From assembly GCA_964497915.1 (NCBI GenBank), contig CAZCFI010000001.1, positions 14,279 through 78,278 on the forward strand: DNA of 64,000 nt, given 5' to 3'. The translations under genes and the position numbers were made by a program. The notes below the pieces were generated by a model. The model did no database searches and had not been told where the DNA came from. It saw nothing but the letters and a program-made list of their open reading frames with translations. The DNA comes from an uncultured Thermoproteales archaeon (lineage in GTDB: Archaea; Thermoproteota; Thermoprotei; Thermofilales; CAYSTQ01). How positions within the stretch are numbered: position 1 is the first letter of the stretch; every line of letters begins with the position of its first letter. Positions 51,752-60,803 of this stretch are shown piece after piece.

Positions 51752-52219
51752 CTCGTAAGCCCTCTTGTACAGCTCCGTCGGGCTAGTGGCCCGCCTAGCC
51801 TCCTCTAGCACCCTGAGCGCCTCGCGGGCCTCTCCGCAGACCGCCCGGCTCTTGCGGAGGGCGCTTATGGCGTTGTGGACGTGGTGGTGGGCGTCGTCTA
51901 GCAGGAGCGGCAGGCTCACCAGCCCGGAGCTAATGGCCTCAGCCACCGCAGGGTCTGCTGACTCCCCGTAGGCCACCTCCCGAAGCAGCCTGCACGCCAC
52001 GTTGAGCTCGCTGACCGCCCTCGCCACGTGCTCGTCGCCCTCGAGCCGCTCTAGCGCGTTCCTGGCCCCCAGCACTCTGGGCAGCACCTCCCTGGCTATG
52101 AGGATCGCAGCCGCCCTATTCTCCTCGACCGCCCTGTCGTGGAGGCCTATGACTAGGCACGTCACCACCAGCTCCCTGACAGCCCTTGCGACCTTGGCCT
52201 TCAGGGCCTCGCTCAGCAT
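51701..52219 (-). CDS. all-helical hypothetical protein with a His cluster, embedded in the hyp cluster
   Basis: 172 aa. 'LLLDDAHHHVHNAISAL' (HHHVH encoded at 51875-51889). The start overlaps the hypE stop region by 7 nt and the 3' end overlaps hypC by 51 nt. Confidence 0.45.
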   Translation of the reverse strand: MLSEALKAKVARAVRELVVTCLVIGLHDRAVEENRAAAILIAREVLPRVLGARNALERLEGDEHVARAVSELNVACRLLREVAYGESADPAVAEAISSGLVSLPLLLDDAHHHVHNAISALRKSRAVCGEAREALRVLEEARRATSPTELYKRAYELIRRAGSPRDLAPQLD

Positions 52220-53229
52220 ATCCTGGGCACGGCCTCCCCCACGGGCGGCTCGAGAATCCTAAGGCCGCCGACTGCTGACTTGACGAGGACGAGGCCTGGC
52301 TCCACGTCCCTGACCTCCCCTATCACTGCGGCGTCGGGGCACCCCGCCTCGCGCAGGGCTGACACCACCTCGTCGGCCATGCTGCCCTCGACGCCCAGCA
52401 CCACCCTGCCCTCGCAGGCCAGGGAGAGCGGGTCGACGCCCAGCATCTCGCAGCAGGCCCTGACCTCCTCGCGCACGGGAACCTCAGTCTCGTCGATCAC
52501 CACCGTGACGCCAGACTTCTCCGCCATCTCGTGGAGGGCCATGGAGAGACCGCCCCTCGTCGGGTCCTTGGCCGCGTGGACTCCACCGACCCTCAGCGCG
52601 CTCTCAACGGCCCTCGTGACCGTGGAGCAGTCCGACCTCAGGTCGCCGACGTCGATCCCCAGCTGGAGCGCCAGTATGACAGCCCCGTGGTCGCCGACGG
52701 TCCCAGAGACGACTATCCTGTCCCCCGGCCTCAGGCTAGAGTCCGTCAGGAGCCTGTCCTTAGTCACGACGCCGATCCCCACGGTGGATATGACTATGCC
52801 GTCGAGCGAGCCCTTGGGCATCACCTTGAAGTCGCCCCCTATCAGGGCCACGCCCTCCTCGTCCAAGACGGCCTTGAACGAGGCCATCACCCTATCCAGG
52901 TCCGACCTCGGGAAGCCCTCCTCGACCACTACTGCGTCGAGGGCGGCGATGGGCTTAGCCCCCATCACGGCCACGTCGTTTATCGTGCCCGACGCAGCCA
53001 GCTTCCCTATGTCGCCCCCCGGGAAGAATATGGGGCTCACGGTGTAGCTGTCCACGGTGACGGCCAGGAAGCGGCCGCCGCCTATCGGTATCAGGGCTGA
53101 GTCGTCAAGCTCGTCCAGCCCCGTGCCGCCGCTCACCCTCCTCAGCCTGACGTCCCTCACTAGCTCCCTTACGAGGGCTAGGGTCTCGAGCCCCCCGGAC
53201 CCGTGAGCCAGCTTGACGAGGTCCTGCAT
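52213..53229 (-). CDS. hypE: hydrogenase maturation protein HypE (AIR-synthase-related)
   Basis: Ends with the HypE-specific C-terminus '...GEAVPRIC'. PurM-like 'DDSALI' and 'GDFKV' elements. Confidence 0.92.
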   Translation of the reverse strand: MQDLVKLAHGSGGLETLALVRELVRDVRLRRVSGGTGLDELDDSALIPIGGGRFLAVTVDSYTVSPIFFPGGDIGKLAASGTINDVAVMGAKPIAALDAVVVEEGFPRSDLDRVMASFKAVLDEEGVALIGGDFKVMPKGSLDGIVISTVGIGVVTKDRLLTDSSLRPGDRIVVSGTVGDHGAVILALQLGIDVGDLRSDCSTVTRAVESALRVGGVHAAKDPTRGGLSMALHEMAEKSGVTVVIDETEVPVREEVRACCEMLGVDPLSLACEGRVVLGVEGSMADEVVSALREAGCPDAAVIGEVRDVEPGLVLVKSAVGGLRILEPPVGEAVPRIC

Positions 53230-53247
53230 AGGGTCACCGCGCCTCTC

Positions 53248-53259
53248 AAATTATATTAT
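53248..53259. promoter_or_regulatory. AT island between divergent hypE and hypD
   Basis: AAATTATATTAT lies ~26 nt upstream of the hypD ATG (53285) and ~20 nt upstream of the hypE start (53229). Confidence 0.35.
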
Positions 53260-53284
53260 CGAGCGCGCGGATATAGCTACTCGC

Positions 53285-54403
53285 ATGGCCAACCTCGTCT
53301 CGTTCATCGCCAAGGCCTACAGGGACAGGGGCGTTGCAGCTAGAATAGTTAGGAGGATACATGAGCTGGCCCTAGGGCTCGGGGACGTCAGGATCATGGG
53401 GTTCTGCGGCACGCACGAGTACACGATCACCTACTACGGGATAAGGAGCCTGATGCCGGAGAACGTGGAGCTGGTGGCTGGCCCGGGGTGCCCCGTGTGC
53501 ATCGTGCCAGCTGGCTACATAGACGCGGCCGTGAGGCTTGCCCTCGACGGCATCGAGGTGTACACGTACGGGGACATGTACAGGGTTCCTGGCTCCGAGA
53601 TGAGCTTAGCCGACGCCAGGGCTAAGGGCGGGAGGGTCAGCGTGGTGTACGGATTCGCGGACGCCGTGGAGAGGGCTAGGCGGAGCGGTCGCGAGTCGGT
53701 GTTCTTCGCCGTCGGGTTCGAGACCACGCAGCCCACTGTAGCCTCTAGGCTGGCACGCGGGGACGTGCCCCCAAACCTATCACTGCTAGTGGCGTACCGG
53801 CTGACCCCGCCAGTCATGAGGCACGCGCTCGAGGGGGGAGGCGTGGAGCTTAGCGGCGTCATAGCGCCAGGCCACGTGTCAGCCGTCATCGGCTCGCGAG
53901 CCTGGAGCTTCCTCCCCATGGCCTACGGCGTCCCAGCCGTCGTCGCTGGGTTCGAGCCCGTCGACGTCCTCCTAGCCGTGATGGAGATCGTGAGGCAGGT
54001 CAGGGAGGGCAGGGCTGAGCTCGTGAATGAGTACTCGAGGGTCGTGAGGCCTGAGGGGAACGTGCTGGCCAAGAGGCTCACCCATGCCTGCTTCGAGGTC
54101 GTCGACTCGCACTGGAGGGGGCTGGGCGCGATCGAGAGGAGCGGGCTCTCGCTCAGACGCAAGTTTAGGCGGTATGATGCCATAGAGGAGTACGGGCTCG
54201 ACGTCACGAGGGGCCTGGACGTGAGGCCCGGGTGTAGGTGCCACGAGGTGATAGTCGGCAAGCTGAAGCCAACCGACTGCCCCCTGTTCCTCAGGGCGTG
54301 CACCCCCAGCAAGCCCCAGGGCCCCTGCATGGTGTCGAGCGAGGGGACGTGCTCCATCTGGGCTAGGTTCGGCGGCTACAGGCGGCTCAGGGGGCTGGCG
54401 TGA
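53285..54403 (+). CDS. hypD: hydrogenase maturation protein HypD
   Basis: 'FCGTHEY', 'GPGCPVCIVP', 'AVGFETTQP', C-terminal 'PGCRCHEV...CPLF...GPCMVSSEGTC'. Start trimmed to ATG 53285. Confidence 0.92.
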   Translation: MANLVSFIAKAYRDRGVAARIVRRIHELALGLGDVRIMGFCGTHEYTITYYGIRSLMPENVELVAGPGCPVCIVPAGYIDAAVRLALDGIEVYTYGDMYRVPGSEMSLADARAKGGRVSVVYGFADAVERARRSGRESVFFAVGFETTQPTVASRLARGDVPPNLSLLVAYRLTPPVMRHALEGGGVELSGVIAPGHVSAVIGSRAWSFLPMAYGVPAVVAGFEPVDVLLAVMEIVRQVREGRAELVNEYSRVVRPEGNVLAKRLTHACFEVVDSHWRGLGAIERSGLSLRRKFRRYDAIEEYGLDVTRGLDVRPGCRCHEVIVGKLKPTDCPLFLRACTPSKPQGPCMVSSEGTCSIWARFGGYRRLRGLA

Positions 54404-54406
54404 GGC

Positions 54407-54619
54407 CTAGAGCCCGAGGAAGTCCACCAGCCGATACACGACCAGCTCGTCACCGTCCCTCAGCCTCTCGCTCTCAACGAGGGGCCTCCCGCCTCGAGTC
54501 ACGAGCGCTCCGGTCGGGGGGAGGCCTAGCTCTCGCAGGGCGTCCTCCACCGTCACGTCGCGCCTCTCGAAGGCCAGCGTCACGACGTTGCCGCCGTAGA
54601 TCTTAACCCTCACCCTCAC
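54407..54619 (-). CDS. small beta-grasp (ThiS/MoaD/TtuB-like) protein lacking a C-terminal Gly-Gly
   Basis: 70 aa. 'VTVEDALRELGLPPTGALVTRGGRPLVESERLRDGDELVVYRLVDFLGL*'. 17-nt overlap with the upstream PP-loop gene. Confidence 0.45.
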   Translation of the reverse strand: MRVRVKIYGGNVVTLAFERRDVTVEDALRELGLPPTGALVTRGGRPLVESERLRDGDELVVYRLVDFLGL

Positions 54620-55544
54620 GGCTCAGCGCCCTCCTTATCCTGCAGAACGAGCACAGCCTGGACGTCGTGGGCATGCCGCAGGCCTCGCACCTCCTCAGGC
54701 GCGGGCCCCCAGACAGGTAGCGCTCAGCGAGGATTGGCTGGAGCCTCTTGAAGAAGTTCCTCACCATGCTCACCTTTATCCCGGGGTGCCTAGCGTCTAG
54801 CTCGGCTATGAGCCTCTTCAGCTCGAGGCCGCTGGCCTCGGCTGAGTAGGGGCACCTGGACCTGAGGAAGTCTATGCTGTTGAGCTCAGCGTACGCCAGC
54901 ACGTCCTCCTCCGGGGTCTCTGCCAGCGGCTTGACCCTCGTCACGAGCCCCTCGACCTCAGACGTCGACACCGGGTAGATCCGTGCCAGCTGCTCGTAGT
55001 CGCCTGAGAGGACGCCAGTCAGCACGTACTGGGCCACGTCGTCGAGGTTGTGGCCGGTGGCCACCTTGGAGGCCCCGAGCTTGAGGGCCACGTCGTTGAG
55101 CACGTACCTCTTGACCACGCCGCACACCGAGCACACGCTCCTCCTCAGCCTCCTCTCCGCCCTGCGAGCGTCGTCGAGGCTGAAGCCGTACTCGCGCTTT
55201 AGGTCAACGACGACGTACTCGACCCCCCTCTCCTCAAACCCCCTGACGGCGCGCCTCACCGCGTCGCTGGAGTAGCCGCGTATCCCGAGGTCTATCACCG
55301 CGCCAACTAGGGACACCTCCGCGTCGCTGGCCAGCTTAGATAGCACGTCCAGCAGCACCATGCTGTCCTTGCCCCCCGACACGGCCACCAGCACCCTGTC
55401 GCCGCGCCTAAGCATCCGGTACCTCTTGATGGTCCTCGCGACTCGCCTCACGAAGAACTCGCTGAAGTGAGCTGGGCACAGCCTCAGGTTGGCGTACCTC
55501 AGCTCAACGGCGGCTGGGGAGCCGCACTTCGAGCAGCGCGCCAT
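54603..55544 (-). CDS. PP-loop tRNA 2-thiolation ATPase (TtuA/Ncs6 family)
   Basis: PP-loop 'LVAVSGGKDSMVLL'. N-terminal 'CSKCGSPA...LCPAH' and C-terminal 'CEACGMPTTSRLCSFC' zinc ribbons. Central 'CSVCG' Cys residues. Confidence 0.85.
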   Translation of the reverse strand: MARCSKCGSPAAVELRYANLRLCPAHFSEFFVRRVARTIKRYRMLRRGDRVLVAVSGGKDSMVLLDVLSKLASDAEVSLVGAVIDLGIRGYSSDAVRRAVRGFEERGVEYVVVDLKREYGFSLDDARRAERRLRRSVCSVCGVVKRYVLNDVALKLGASKVATGHNLDDVAQYVLTGVLSGDYEQLARIYPVSTSEVEGLVTRVKPLAETPEEDVLAYAELNSIDFLRSRCPYSAEASGLELKRLIAELDARHPGIKVSMVRNFFKRLQPILAERYLSGGPRLRRCEACGMPTTSRLCSFCRIRRALSREGEG

Positions 55545-55715
55545 CCCACTACCCTTGACTTACACGGCTCCAGTGGTTGCTGAGGTGGATATTAGCGTTG
55601 CGCTTGGTGGCGGTGAGCGGGCCCCCTTTAAAAATGGCACACTTGAAGAACCTAAGGGGCTAAATTTTATTAGCTCCGTCTCTTTTAAGTGAGAGCCGTG
55701 CAAAGGTCGAAGGCC

Positions 55716-57440
55716 ATGGAGCTGTCGTTTTTAATAGGCGGAGAGGCCGGCATGGGCGTCATGGTCTCCGGCAGGACGCTCTCGCGCGCCTTCGTTAGGG
55801 GCGGCTACCACGTCTTCGCGACTAACGAGTACCCCTCGCTGATAAGGGGCGGGCACAACTTCTACCTCGCTAGGGTCAGCGACAGGAGGGTGTGGTCGCA
55901 GGTCTGGAGGGTGGACCTGCTCATAGCCCTCGACAGGCTCACGGTGGAGAGGCACAAGTGCCGGCTGCACGAGGGCAGCGCCACGATACTCGACTCAGGC
56001 TACGCGGACGTGAGCGTGAGGGGCATCAAGGTCATCGTCCCCATGACTGAGATGGTGGAGGAGGCTGGGGCCCCGAGGGTCCTCAGGAACGCAGCCGCCC
56101 TGGGCGCTGCTGTCGCATTGGTGGGCTACGACCTCGACCTGCTAGCCGCGGTCATGAGGGACACGCTCCGGGGGCGGTTAGTCGAGGAGAACGTTAAGGT
56201 CGCCAGGGCTGGCTACGAGTACGTGGTCAGCAACTACGACGTCGAGTCCTTCGGGGTCAAGCTGAAGGTCGCGTCGAGGGGGCGGGAGGCTCTGTTCCTC
56301 TCAGGGAATGACGCAGTTGCCCTCGGCGCGATAAGAGCCGGCATGAAGGTCTTCGCCGCTTACCCCATGACGCCAGCCTCGCCCATCCTCCACCTGCTGG
56401 CCGAGCTGCAGAGGGACTTCGACATAGTGGTCCTCCAGCCGGAGAGCGAGCTCGCCGCCATAAATATAGTGATCGGCGCGTGGTTCGCTGGGGCTAGGGC
56501 GATGACCGCCACCTCTGGCGGTGGCTTCGCCCTGATGTCTGAGGCGCTGGGCCAGGCGGGCATGATGGAGGTGCCGGTGGTCATCGTCCTGGCCCAGAGG
56601 CAGGGGCCCAGCACGGGGCTGCCGACCTACACGTCCCAGGCCGACCTCAGGTTCGCGCTCCACGCCTCTCAGGGCGAGTTCCCTAGGGCCGTGATAGCGC
56701 CGGGCGACGTTGAGGAGGCGTTCTACCTGACCGTAGAGGCGTTCAACATAGCCGAGAGGTACCAGATGCCCGTCATAGTCCTCACGGACAAGTACCTAGC
56801 CGAGAGCCACTCCAGCGTCGAGCCCTTCGACCTCAGCAGGGCCAGGGTCGTGAGGGGCGAGCTGATAGCGGGCACCTACGAGGGGCCTGAGTACAGGAGG
56901 TACGCCATCACCGACACTGGGGTGTCCCCCATGGCCATCCCAGGCACCAAGAACGCGCTCGTCAAGCTGAACTCGTCTGAGCACGACGAGTACGGGTTCA
57001 CCTGCGAGGACCCGCAGGTCGTCACCGCGATGAACGACAAGAGGTTCAGGAAGCTCGAGCTCCTAGCCAAGGAGGTGGACAGGGAGGGCGTCGGCGTGAA
57101 GACGTACGGGGAGGGCGGCGTGGCCGTCGTCGTGTGGGGCTCCACCAAGGGTCCGGTCCTCGAGGGGCTCGCCGAGCTAGCTGAGGAGGGCGTAGAGGCC
57201 AAGTGCGTCCAGGTGGTCTTCCTGAGCCCATTCCCAGCAAGGTCCCTCAGGGCCGCCCTTGAAGGCTCCGAGAGGGTGGTGGTAGTGGAGAGCAACAGGA
57301 CCGGGCAGCTCGCTGGCCTTATGGCCGAGGTGGCCGGCGTCAGGCCGGACCACGTGATCGTCAAGTACGACGGCAGGCCGTTCTACCCAGAGGAGGTGCG
57401 TGAGAGGCTGGCGGGGGTGATCGCCCGTGGTCACGCTTGA
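55716..57440 (+). CDS. 2-oxoacid:ferredoxin oxidoreductase, fused gamma-alpha subunit
   Basis: N-terminus 'FLIGGEAGMGVM...YPSLIRGGHNFY' (gamma-like), followed by an alpha domain 'AAYPMTPASPIL'. Start trimmed to ATG 55716. Confidence 0.9.
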   Translation: MELSFLIGGEAGMGVMVSGRTLSRAFVRGGYHVFATNEYPSLIRGGHNFYLARVSDRRVWSQVWRVDLLIALDRLTVERHKCRLHEGSATILDSGYADVSVRGIKVIVPMTEMVEEAGAPRVLRNAAALGAAVALVGYDLDLLAAVMRDTLRGRLVEENVKVARAGYEYVVSNYDVESFGVKLKVASRGREALFLSGNDAVALGAIRAGMKVFAAYPMTPASPILHLLAELQRDFDIVVLQPESELAAINIVIGAWFAGARAMTATSGGGFALMSEALGQAGMMEVPVVIVLAQRQGPSTGLPTYTSQADLRFALHASQGEFPRAVIAPGDVEEAFYLTVEAFNIAERYQMPVIVLTDKYLAESHSSVEPFDLSRARVVRGELIAGTYEGPEYRRYAITDTGVSPMAIPGTKNALVKLNSSEHDEYGFTCEDPQVVTAMNDKRFRKLELLAKEVDREGVGVKTYGEGGVAVVVWGSTKGPVLEGLAELAEEGVEAKCVQVVFLSPFPARSLRAALEGSERVVVVESNRTGQLAGLMAEVAGVRPDHVIVKYDGRPFYPEEVRERLAGVIARGHA

Positions 57441-58278
57441 GGACCTAGCCACGAAGGCCAAGTTCAGGTGGTGCCCGGGCTGCGGCAACTTCGCCATCCT
57501 CACGGCCTTCAAACAGGCCCTAGTCGAGCTGCAGGTAGAGCCGGAGAAGGTCGTCGTCATAGCTGGCATAGGGTGCCACGGCAGGATAGTCGACTACATC
57601 AACGTCAACACAATACACACGATTCACGGCAGGGTGCTCCCGATCGCCACTGGGGTGAAGCTGGCCAACAAGGACTTAGTGGTCGTCGGGTTCGCTGGAG
57701 ATGGAGACGCCTACGCCATAGGGCTCGGGCACCTGCCGCACGCCGCCCGTAGGAACCTCGACATAAAGTACATAGTCCACGACAACATGGTGTTCGCTCT
57801 GACCACTGGCCAGGCTGCCCCGACGACGCCCAAGGGCATGAAGACAAGGTCGACGCCCTACGGAACCGTGGAGGAGCCCATAAACCCGGTGGCCTTCGCC
57901 CTGATGTGCGGCTGCAGCTTCGTGGCCAGGGGCTTCAGCGGCGACGTGGCGCACCTCAAGGAGCTGTTCAAGAGGGCGCTGACCCACAGGGGCTTCGCGT
58001 TCATCGACGTCCTGCAGCCATGCGTGACCTTCTACAACACCTACGGGTACTTCCGCCGCAGGGTGTACAAGTTGGAGGAGGCGGGCCACGACCCGACGGA
58101 CATCAAGCTGGCGCTCGAGAGAGCGCTTGAGTGGGGGGACAGGATACCGATAGGGGTCTTCTACTCCGTCGAGAGACCCACGCTCGAGGAGCAGCTACCC
58201 CAGCTGCGGGGCCCTCCCTTAGCCCACAGAGATATAAGCGACATAGACGTGAGCCGCGCTTACCCCAGGTTTAGGTGA
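57427..58278 (+). CDS. 2-oxoacid:ferredoxin oxidoreductase, beta (TPP-binding) subunit
   Basis: 'WCPGCGNF', 'GIGCHG', 'GFAGDGDAYAIG'. 14-nt overlap with the alpha gene. Confidence 0.9.
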   Translation: MVTLEDLATKAKFRWCPGCGNFAILTAFKQALVELQVEPEKVVVIAGIGCHGRIVDYINVNTIHTIHGRVLPIATGVKLANKDLVVVGFAGDGDAYAIGLGHLPHAARRNLDIKYIVHDNMVFALTTGQAAPTTPKGMKTRSTPYGTVEEPINPVAFALMCGCSFVARGFSGDVAHLKELFKRALTHRGFAFIDVLQPCVTFYNTYGYFRRRVYKLEEAGHDPTDIKLALERALEWGDRIPIGVFYSVERPTLEEQLPQLRGPPLAHRDISDIDVSRAYPRFR

Positions 58279-58319
58279 CGGGGCATTAAGGTGGGCGCTC
58301 TAAGCAGCTAGCGGCGCCC

Positions 58320-58460
58320 GTTTACTAAGTTAAATGTTAACTAGCCAAACTCTAGAGATGTTCGGCTAGCCTCCTCAAAGAATTTTGAGCCGTTACGTTG
58401 TTCTTGGATAAAAATTCTAAATTGATCAAAGTTTACTAATAAAAAATTTTTAATACTGGC
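58320..58460. promoter_or_regulatory. unusually AT-rich intergenic island with short repeats, upstream of the amino-acid ABC operon
   Basis: GTTTACTAA occurs twice (58320-58328 and 58431-58439). Palindrome AGTTAAatgTTAACT (58328-58342). A6T5 tract plus TAATAC about 25-40 nt upstream of the start. Confidence 0.4.
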
Positions 58461-58480
58461 AGCCCCCTTGCTAGCTGGGG

Positions 58481-59278
58481 GTGGCGATGCCCAAGAAGGT
58501 GCTGGCGCTGGTGATAGTGGCCGTGGCCGCCATTGCCGGACTAGCGCTATACTACTTCGTCCTAAGGGAGAAGGGCATCGTTGAAAAGATAAAAGAGAGA
58601 GGATACATCGTGGTGGGAACCTCCGCCGACTTCCCGCCGTTCGAGATGGTGAATGAGAAGGGGGAGATCGTCGGGCTAGACATAGACATTGCCAAGAAGA
58701 TAGCGGAGAAGCTGGGCGTGAAGCTAGTCATCAAGGACATGGCCTTCGAGGGCCTAATCCCAGCCCTGCTGTCAGGCGACGTCGACATGGTGATAGCTGG
58801 GATGACCATAACCGAGGAGAGGGCTAAGGCCGTCGACTTCTCGATGCCCTACTTCGAGGCCGACCAGGCCGTCCTAGTGCTGAAGGGCAGGGAGGACATC
58901 AAGTCGGTCGACGACCTGGCGGGGAAGAAGGTAGGGGTGCAGGAGGGCACCACTGGCGACCTCTGGGTCACCGACAACCTGGTGAAGAAGGGCAAGGTGA
59001 GGGAGGAGGACGTCAAGAGGTACCCCAAGCTGACCGTCGCCCTGCTGGAGCTGAAGAGCGGGGGCATCGACGCGGTGGTCATCGACAAGCCAGCGGCCGA
59101 GATGTACGCCAAGCTGGACGAGTCGCTGAAGGTCGCCTTCGTGATAAAGACGGGCGAGAAGTACGGGATAGCCGTCAAGAAGGGCAACAAGGACCTACTG
59201 CAGGTGATAAACCAGGTCATCAAGGAGCTGATCGAGAGCGGGGAGCTGGAGAAGCTGGTCAAGAAGTGGTTCGGGTAG
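58481..59278 (+). CDS. polar amino-acid ABC transporter substrate-binding protein (membrane-anchored)
   Basis: N-terminal TM 'VLALVIVAVAAIAGLALYYFVL'. 'YIVVGTSADFPPFEMV', 'GLDIDIAKKIAEKLG' and 'DMVIAGMTITEERAK' are typical of the SBP_bac_3 family. Confidence 0.9.
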   Translation: MAMPKKVLALVIVAVAAIAGLALYYFVLREKGIVEKIKERGYIVVGTSADFPPFEMVNEKGEIVGLDIDIAKKIAEKLGVKLVIKDMAFEGLIPALLSGDVDMVIAGMTITEERAKAVDFSMPYFEADQAVLVLKGREDIKSVDDLAGKKVGVQEGTTGDLWVTDNLVKKGKVREEDVKRYPKLTVALLELKSGGIDAVVIDKPAAEMYAKLDESLKVAFVIKTGEKYGIAVKKGNKDLLQVINQVIKELIESGELEKLVKKWFG

Positions 59279-59281
59279 GGG

Positions 59282-59983
59282 GTGGCCACCGTGATTTTTT
59301 CAGACCTACTCCCCGAGGTAGTCAGGTTCATGATCTCGATAGCCCCCTTCCTCCTCAGGGGGCTCATCAACACCCTCAGGATAGGGCTTCTCTCGTTCGC
59401 CATGGGCCTCGGGCTCGGGGTGGTGACAGGCGTCTTAAGAGTCTCTAAGAGCAGGGCGGCCTCAGCCGTGGCCGCTACCTATGTGGAGGTGATTAGGGGG
59501 ACGCCGCTGCTAGTCCAGCTCCTATTCGCCTACTTCGGCCTCCCGTTCATAGGGATAAGGCTGCCGCCGTCCATCGTCAGCGTCCTAGTGATAGGGCTCA
59601 ACAGCGGGGCCTACCAGGCTGAGATAGTGAGGTCGGGCATCCAGTCGATACCCCAGGAGCAGCTCGACGTCGCCAGGTCCCTCGGCATGAGGGAGTCCCA
59701 GGTGATGAGGCACGTCGTCCTCCCCCAGGCCCTGAGGAACATAATACCGGCGCTAGTCAATGAGTTCGTCGCTCTGATCAAGGAGAGCTCGCTGGCCTCA
59801 GTGATCGGCGAGGTCGAGCTGACGCGATGCGGCGAGTACATAATAAGCAGGACCTTCAGGCCCTTCGAGGTCTTCTTCCTCGTAGCGCTGTTCTACTTCG
59901 CCGTGTGCTACGCCCTCTCCAGGCTGTCGGGCCTGCTTGAGAGGCGCGTTAGGATCCCCGGCTACTTCCGCGCCTACAGGTGA
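59282..59983 (+). CDS. polar amino-acid ABC transporter permease (HisM/GlnP family)
   Basis: 'VIRGTPLLVQLLFAYFGLP', 'GAYQAEIVRSGIQSIPQEQLDVARSLGM', 'KESSLASVIGEVELTR'. Confidence 0.9.
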   Translation: MATVIFSDLLPEVVRFMISIAPFLLRGLINTLRIGLLSFAMGLGLGVVTGVLRVSKSRAASAVAATYVEVIRGTPLLVQLLFAYFGLPFIGIRLPPSIVSVLVIGLNSGAYQAEIVRSGIQSIPQEQLDVARSLGMRESQVMRHVVLPQALRNIIPALVNEFVALIKESSLASVIGEVELTRCGEYIISRTFRPFEVFFLVALFYFAVCYALSRLSGLLERRVRIPGYFRAYR

Positions 59984-59989
59984 TGGGCC

Positions 59990-60763
59990 ATGAGCTCCGT
60001 GAGCGTCGTCGACCTGCACAAGAGCTACGGAGACCTGGAGGTGCTCAGGGGGCTGAGCCTCCACGTGAGGGGCGGCGAGAGGGTCGTGATCATAGGGCCC
60101 AGCGGCTCCGGCAAGAGCACGCTGCTGAAGTGCATCATCGGGCTCGTCAAGCCGGACCGAGGCGACATCTACATCGACGACGTCAGGGTCACGGACCCCA
60201 AGACGAACTTGATAGAGTTGAGGAAGAGGGTGGGCTTCGTGTTCCAGAGCAACAACCTCTTCTACCACCTCACGGTGCTCAGGAACATAACTCTCCCGCT
60301 GGTCAAGGTGCACGGCGTGCCCGAGGAGGAGGCCGTCGAGGTGGCGATGAAGGCCCTCAGGGAGGTCGGGCTAGAGGACAAGGCCGACTCGTACCCAGCT
60401 GAGCTCTCCGGGGGGCAGCAGCAGAGGGCAGCGATAGCTAGGGCGCTGGCCATAAATCCCAGGCTGCTGCTGATGGACGAGCCCACCTCGGCGCTAGACC
60501 CGGAGCTGATAGACGAGGTCCTGGAGGTCATGAGGAGGGTCTCCAGGAGGGGGATAACGATGATAATCGTGACCCACGAGATAGACTTCGCCGAGGACGT
60601 CGCCGACAGGGTAGTCTTCATCGACGGTGGCGTCGTGGTGGAGGAGGGGCCCCCTCACGAGGTGATCTCCAGCCCCAGGGAGAGGAGGACCAGGGAGTTC
60701 CTGAGGAGGATCCTGAGGAAGAGGGCCGCCGCGCCCCGCTGCTGGGCCGTGGCGCCCGACTAA
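59990..60763 (+). CDS. polar amino-acid ABC transporter ATP-binding protein
   Basis: Walker A 'IIGPSGSGKSTLL', signature 'LSGGQQQRAAIARAL', Walker B 'LLLMDEPTSALD'. Confidence 0.93.
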   Translation: MSSVSVVDLHKSYGDLEVLRGLSLHVRGGERVVIIGPSGSGKSTLLKCIIGLVKPDRGDIYIDDVRVTDPKTNLIELRKRVGFVFQSNNLFYHLTVLRNITLPLVKVHGVPEEEAVEVAMKALREVGLEDKADSYPAELSGGQQQRAAIARALAINPRLLLMDEPTSALDPELIDEVLEVMRRVSRRGITMIIVTHEIDFAEDVADRVVFIDGGVVVEEGPPHEVISSPRERRTREFLRRILRKRAAAPRCWAVAPD

Positions 60764-60803
60764 GCCTTTAATTCTGAGCCCCTCCTATGATTTCGGTGGT
60801 ACC

